The notes beneath the pieces are model-generated. The model did no database searches and was not told the origin of the DNA. It saw only the letters and a list, made by a program, of their open reading frames with translations. Shown in pieces: positions 34,096-37,914 of a stretch of 37,914 bases of DNA (position 1 is the first letter of the stretch; each line of letters starts with the position of its first letter). Source of the DNA: a virus (lineage: Duplodnaviria > Caudoviricetes); IMG/VR virus record IMGVR_UViG_3300046490_000095, positions 1 to 37,914 of that record; one strand, 5' to 3'. The translations under genes were made by a program, and so were the position numbers.

Positions 34096-34905
34096 ATGGA
34101 GTTCGGACAGAAGGCCAAGGACATCGTCGAGTCGAGTGGGGACTACCTGCGCAACCTCAAGGCCGGTGACACCAAGGTCCGCTTCCACGAGGAGATCCCC
34201 GAGTGGATCGGCTACTGGGAGCACTTCATCGGCAAGCAGTCCTTCCCCTGCACCGAGGACCGCAAGACCTGCCCCGGCTGCACCCACGAGGACGAGAAGG
34301 TCCGCAAGGCCTCGCGCCGCTACGCGGTGAACCTGCTCGAGATCGACAAGGGCGTGGTGCTCCCGTACCGCATCCCCTCCACGGTCAAGAAGCGCTGCGA
34401 CACCCGCGCCGGGCGCAACGACGGCTCCATCACCACCCGCGACTACACGATCATCAAGTCCGGGCAGATGCTCGACACCGAGTACGACGTCGAGCAGGAG
34501 GAGGAGTACCCGATCGACTGGAGCAAGCACGAGGAGAACATCTCCGACCTCCAGGAGATCCTCAAGGCCTCGTTCGAGGAGGTCTGGGGCGAGGGCAGCG
34601 CCGAGAAGTTCGCTCCCGGCAACGCCACCGAGCCCGAGAAGAAGGCCCCTCGTAAGCGCGAGAGCGTCGACGACCAGATCGCCGGGTGGGAGGCCGAGAA
34701 GACGGCCAAGAAGGCTCCGGCGAAGAAGGCCGCAGCCAAGGAGGAGCCGGAGGAGGACGTCGTCGTCACCGAGTCCGACCTGCGCAAGATGGGCCTGCTC
34801 GAGCTGGCAGCGCTCGCCGACAAGGCTGGGGTCGACATCAACGGGCTGAAGTCCACCGACGAGATCGTGGACGCTCTGCTCGCTGCCGACGAGCCGCCGT
34901 TCTGA
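34096..34905 (+). CDS. ssb: single-stranded DNA-binding protein (phage type) with an acidic DEPPF tail
   Basis: KVRF...YWEH...FPC....CPGC...RYAVN...ITTRDYTI.KSG...DTEY; ends DEPPF; RBS aaggag. Confidence 0.8.
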   Translation: MEFGQKAKDIVESSGDYLRNLKAGDTKVRFHEEIPEWIGYWEHFIGKQSFPCTEDRKTCPGCTHEDEKVRKASRRYAVNLLEIDKGVVLPYRIPSTVKKRCDTRAGRNDGSITTRDYTIIKSGQMLDTEYDVEQEEEYPIDWSKHEENISDLQEILKASFEEVWGEGSAEKFAPGNATEPEKKAPRKRESVDDQIAGWEAEKTAKKAPAKKAAAKEEPEEDVVVTESDLRKMGLLELAALADKAGVDINGLKSTDEIVDALLAADEPPF

Positions 34906-35180
34906 TGGCGACGATCGAGCAGGCTGCCAAGCAGATGATCGACATCGCCAATCGCTTCTCGTTCCACAAGGCGACCGAGGTCACCGCCCCGAAGCACGAC
35001 GAGGTCCGCTCTCTGCTCAAGCAGACTGCGACCACCCTCGCCATCATCCTGCCCGCCGGTCGCGAGACCGCCGTGGTGATGACGAAGCTCGAGGAGGCCA
35101 TGTTCTGGGCGAACGCGGCCATCGCACGAGAGACTCCCACCGAGCCGACCACGGCGGCTCCGGGAGGTTCGGACTCCTAG
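34905..35180 (+). CDS. Acb2/Tad1-like helical-hairpin protein (putative nucleotide-signal sponge)
   Basis: NRFSFH......H.EVR...........LP.GRE.AV..TKLEEAMFWANAAIAR; TGATG overlap with ssb. Confidence 0.7.
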   Translation: MATIEQAAKQMIDIANRFSFHKATEVTAPKHDEVRSLLKQTATTLAIILPAGRETAVVMTKLEEAMFWANAAIARETPTEPTTAAPGGSDS

Positions 35181-35188
35181 GGTCCGAT

Positions 35189-35248
35189 CGCCTCACCAGG
35201 ACGGCGCTGGCAGCACACCAGCGGCGGGGTTCGATCCCCGATGAGGCA
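35189..35248 (+). ncRNA. tRNA-like element lacking a D-arm
   Basis: Acceptor-like gcctca/tgaggc; cgctgg-cagcaca-ccagcg arm; cgggg-ttcgat-ccccg T-arm. Confidence 0.4.
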
Positions 35249-35287
35249 CGCACGGAGCATCCGCTCCCCACCAGTAAGGACAGGCCC

Positions 35288-35797
35288 ATGGGCAGACGAC
35301 TCAAGATCCGTCGCGCGGTTGCGAGGGAGTACGACTGGCCGGGAGAGGCCTCCTGGTACGACGGGAACTTCCCGGTCACGTACCAGCCGGGCGTCAGCGC
35401 CGATTGCCCCACCTGCGGCACCACGGTCACGATGTACCGCAACACGATCTCCAGTCGTGGGGCGTTGGAGCTGGCCCAGTTCTACCGCGAGCACGGGACA
35501 TCCTGGTTCACCACGAAGAAGGGACGGCAGAACTCGAGCGGAGAACCTACCTACGTCATGACCGAACAGTCCCGCCTTCCCTGGTGGGGCCTGATGGAGC
35601 GGTCGGGCAGCGGGAAGAACCGCAAGCAGCGCGTCACAGAGCTCGGCGCCCAGTGGCTGCGGCGCGAGGTTCCCGTGCCCAAGTACGTCGTCCACGTCAT
35701 CAGCAAGCCGAAGCGGGTAGAGGGCGAGGACTGGTACGTGAGCGACGCCATGAAGGAGCGGTTCGACCTCGACCGCTACCTGGCCGGTGAGATGTGA
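35288..35797 (+). CDS. hypothetical protein (CPTCG knuckle plus winged-helix-like region)
   Basis: RBS aagga; DCPTCG....YR..I...SRL.WWGL.E......VTELG.QWL.....VPKYV. Confidence 0.75.
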   Translation: MGRRLKIRRAVAREYDWPGEASWYDGNFPVTYQPGVSADCPTCGTTVTMYRNTISSRGALELAQFYREHGTSWFTTKKGRQNSSGEPTYVMTEQSRLPWWGLMERSGSGKNRKQRVTELGAQWLRREVPVPKYVVHVISKPKRVEGEDWYVSDAMKERFDLDRYLAGEM

Positions 35798-36132
35798 TCA
35801 CCTTCGTCCGCGACCGGCCGCGGCTGCGCATCGTGCGCGACCTGCCGAAGACCACCGACCTGTGGAACCTGCACAGCCACTCGAAGTACTCGACCAACGA
35901 CGCCCTGTCCGACGTCTCCGCGATGGTGGCGTGGGCCAAGGGCCAGGGCCAGCCTGCGCTCGGCCTGACCGACCACGGCAACATGGCCGGGACGGTGAAG
36001 CTCTACAAGGCCGCCAAGGGCGCGGGCATCAAGCCGTTCCCCGGCGCCGAGCTCTACATCGTGCGGGACCGAGAGGCCTACATCAAGGCCGTCGCCACAG
36101 ATCAAGAACCGCACCGAGGCCCAGGTCCGTGA
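35794..36132 (+). CDS. dnaE: DNA polymerase III alpha (DnaE), N-terminal PHP half; the frame changes near 36097
   Basis: NLHSHSKYSTNDA, ALGLTDHGNMAG, GIKPFPGAELYI. Confidence 0.88.
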   Translation: MITFVRDRPRLRIVRDLPKTTDLWNLHSHSKYSTNDALSDVSAMVAWAKGQGQPALGLTDHGNMAGTVKLYKAAKGAGIKPFPGAELYIVRDREAYIKAVATDQEPHRGPGP

Positions 36133-37914
36133 CGCGGTCCGCTACCACATGTGCGTCGTCGCGTTCACGAACGAGGGCTACCGCAACCTCGTGAACCTCC
36201 AGACCGTCAGCCACGTCAACCTCCACGGCAAGCCCACCCTCGACCTGCGCGACATAGCCGACCTCGGTGGTGCCAACCTGCTCAAGGGGATCGCTGCGAC
36301 GTCGGGATGCTACTTCGGCCTGCCCACCCAGCTGCTCGTCCGCGGCGAGGAGGACGGCGCCCGCGCCATGATCGCGATGATGGCCAAGGCGTTCGACCGC
36401 TACTACGTGGAGCTCCAGAACCACGACATCATCCAGGACGACGGCTGGACCGACTCGTCGGTGGCCGACTACATGCTCCTGATCGCCAACCAGATGGGTC
36501 TGCCGTGCGTGCTGACCCAGGACAGCCACTACATCACCCCGGAGGACCGCCATGACCATGAAGGACTCAAGCGACTCGTCGCGTTCGGACCAGACCCCGA
36601 CGAGGCCGTGTTCCCCGGCGACGGGTTCCAACTCGGCACACAGGACTGGTTCCTTCGCCACCACGACGGTGAACGCCTTCGCGCCGGCAGGGAGGGTCTC
36701 GCCGATCTTCTTGCCGCGCACGACCTGAGCATCCCCGCGCTCGACGACTACTCCTACAACATCCCGGCCACCACGGCCGACCCGGACGGCGACCTGCTCC
36801 GGTACTGCTTCGACACTCTGGACCAGATGCGCGAGTCCGGGCAGCGCCTGGGCAAGCGCTACGACGACCGGGTGCTCTCGGAGATGGAGATCATCCGCGA
36901 CACCGGCATGGCCGGGTACATCTGGGTGGTCGGCGAGGTCACCGACTGGTGCCGCGACAACCGCGTCCTCACCGCGGCCCGTGGCTCGGCGTCGGGTTCG
37001 ATCGTCTGCTGGCTGCGCGGCATCACCCAGCTCGACCCGTTGAAGTGGAACCTGTCCTTCGAACGGTTCATCAGCCGGGATCGGACCAAGCCGCCGGACA
37101 TCGACCTCGACGTGGAGCACGACCGCCGGATGGAACTCATCGGGTGGCTGCGCCAGCGCTTCGCCGTCCACCAGATCGGGACGTGGGCGCGCTACTCCAT
37201 CCGTGGCGAGGAGGAGGGCGAGGACGAGGGCGCGGGCTCGCTGCTCAAGCGCTACTACGCCTCCCGCAACGCCCAAGGGCTCGAGGGGATCAACTGGTCG
37301 GACATCCAGCCCAGCGACAAGAACACGATGGAGCGGCTCTCGGACCGCAAGCTCTACTCCAACTACGGGGTCCACGGCGGCGGGCTCGTCCTGACCACCA
37401 CCGAGAGCGAACTGCGCGACCTCGTCCCGCTCATGCAGGTGGCCGGGTCCAAGACGATGGTCACCCAGTACGACATGAAGGACGTCGAGGCGCTCGGCCT
37501 GGTCAAGCTCGACGTGCTCGGCCTGCGCACCCTGACCGTCCTGCACCGCGCGCTGAACAACCTGGGCCGCGACTTCATGGGCGGCTTCGACTGGATCCCG
37601 CTGACCGACTCACCCACCTACACGATGATCAGCCAGGGCAAGACCGATGGGGTCTTCCAGCTTGACGGCTGGTCGGCGCGCATCGGATGCAAGGACCTGC
37701 GTCCCACGAAGATTGCCGACGTCATCGACGCGATGGCGCTGTTCCGTCCGGCCACGATGAAGTCGGGGGCCACCCCGTCCTACATCGCGCGCAAGCACGG
37801 CAAGGAGGTCGCGCCCAAGCGCCACGCGATCATCGAGGCGCATACCAAGGGCACCCAGGGGATCATGCTCTTCCAGGAGCAGGTCATCTCCATCCTGCGC
37901 GACCTCGGGATGAC
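36098..37914 (+). CDS. dnaE: DnaE continuation in the +1 frame, running off the window end
   Basis: Translated by hand: RYHMCVVAFTNEGYRNL, TSGC, YVELQNH, TQDSHY, ARGSASGS, FERFISRDRTKPPDIDLD, VKLDVLGLRTL, GIMLFQEQ; these motifs all fall in the same frame. Confidence 0.93.

Noticed and set aside
36552-36728. 58-aa overlapping ORF coinciding with a dip in dnaE GC3
   Set aside because: No RBS and a Ser/Thr/Pro off-frame composition; the local codon dip alone is insufficient evidence.
36083-37546. 487-aa minus-strand ORF
   Set aside because: Antisense shadow of dnaE.
30200-37914. Inteins or introns in the helicase or dnaE
   Set aside because: Conserved motifs are contiguous at normal or short spacing; no C...HN splice motifs or homing endonuclease seen.
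1-37914. Prophage signatures (integrase, att sites, host flanks)
   Set aside because: None in the window; lifestyle cannot be determined.

Overview
High-GC (actinobacterial-type) fragment of a long-tailed phage genome; no bacterial housekeeping genes, integrase or CRISPR array are visible. It has three blocks. (1) 1-15524 (+): virion genes. These are a probable head-decoration gene end, small basic proteins, a fibre module with a 1217-aa protein carrying exact 20-aa repeats, neck genes (adaptor fused to a BppU-like domain, stopper, HK97 gp10-like, terminator), major tail protein, tail assembly chaperones with a probable -1 frameshift and a 1414-aa tape measure protein. The operon ends one small gene later, with no Dit/Tal/lysis genes. 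(2) 15678-30005 (-): about 35 tightly coupled, mostly unknown small genes, including an AAA+ ATPase, a DUF6884-like protein and an HTH protein. They are punctuated by repeated promoter / structured leader / terminator cassettes. (3) 30200-37914 (+): replication genes, namely a DnaB-like helicase, primase, HTH protein, SSB, an Acb2/Tad1-like putative anti-defence protein followed by a D-armless tRNA-like element, and a DnaE (Pol III alpha) gene broken by a +1 frame change inside its PHP domain. All family assignments come from motif recognition by eye; no searches were run.
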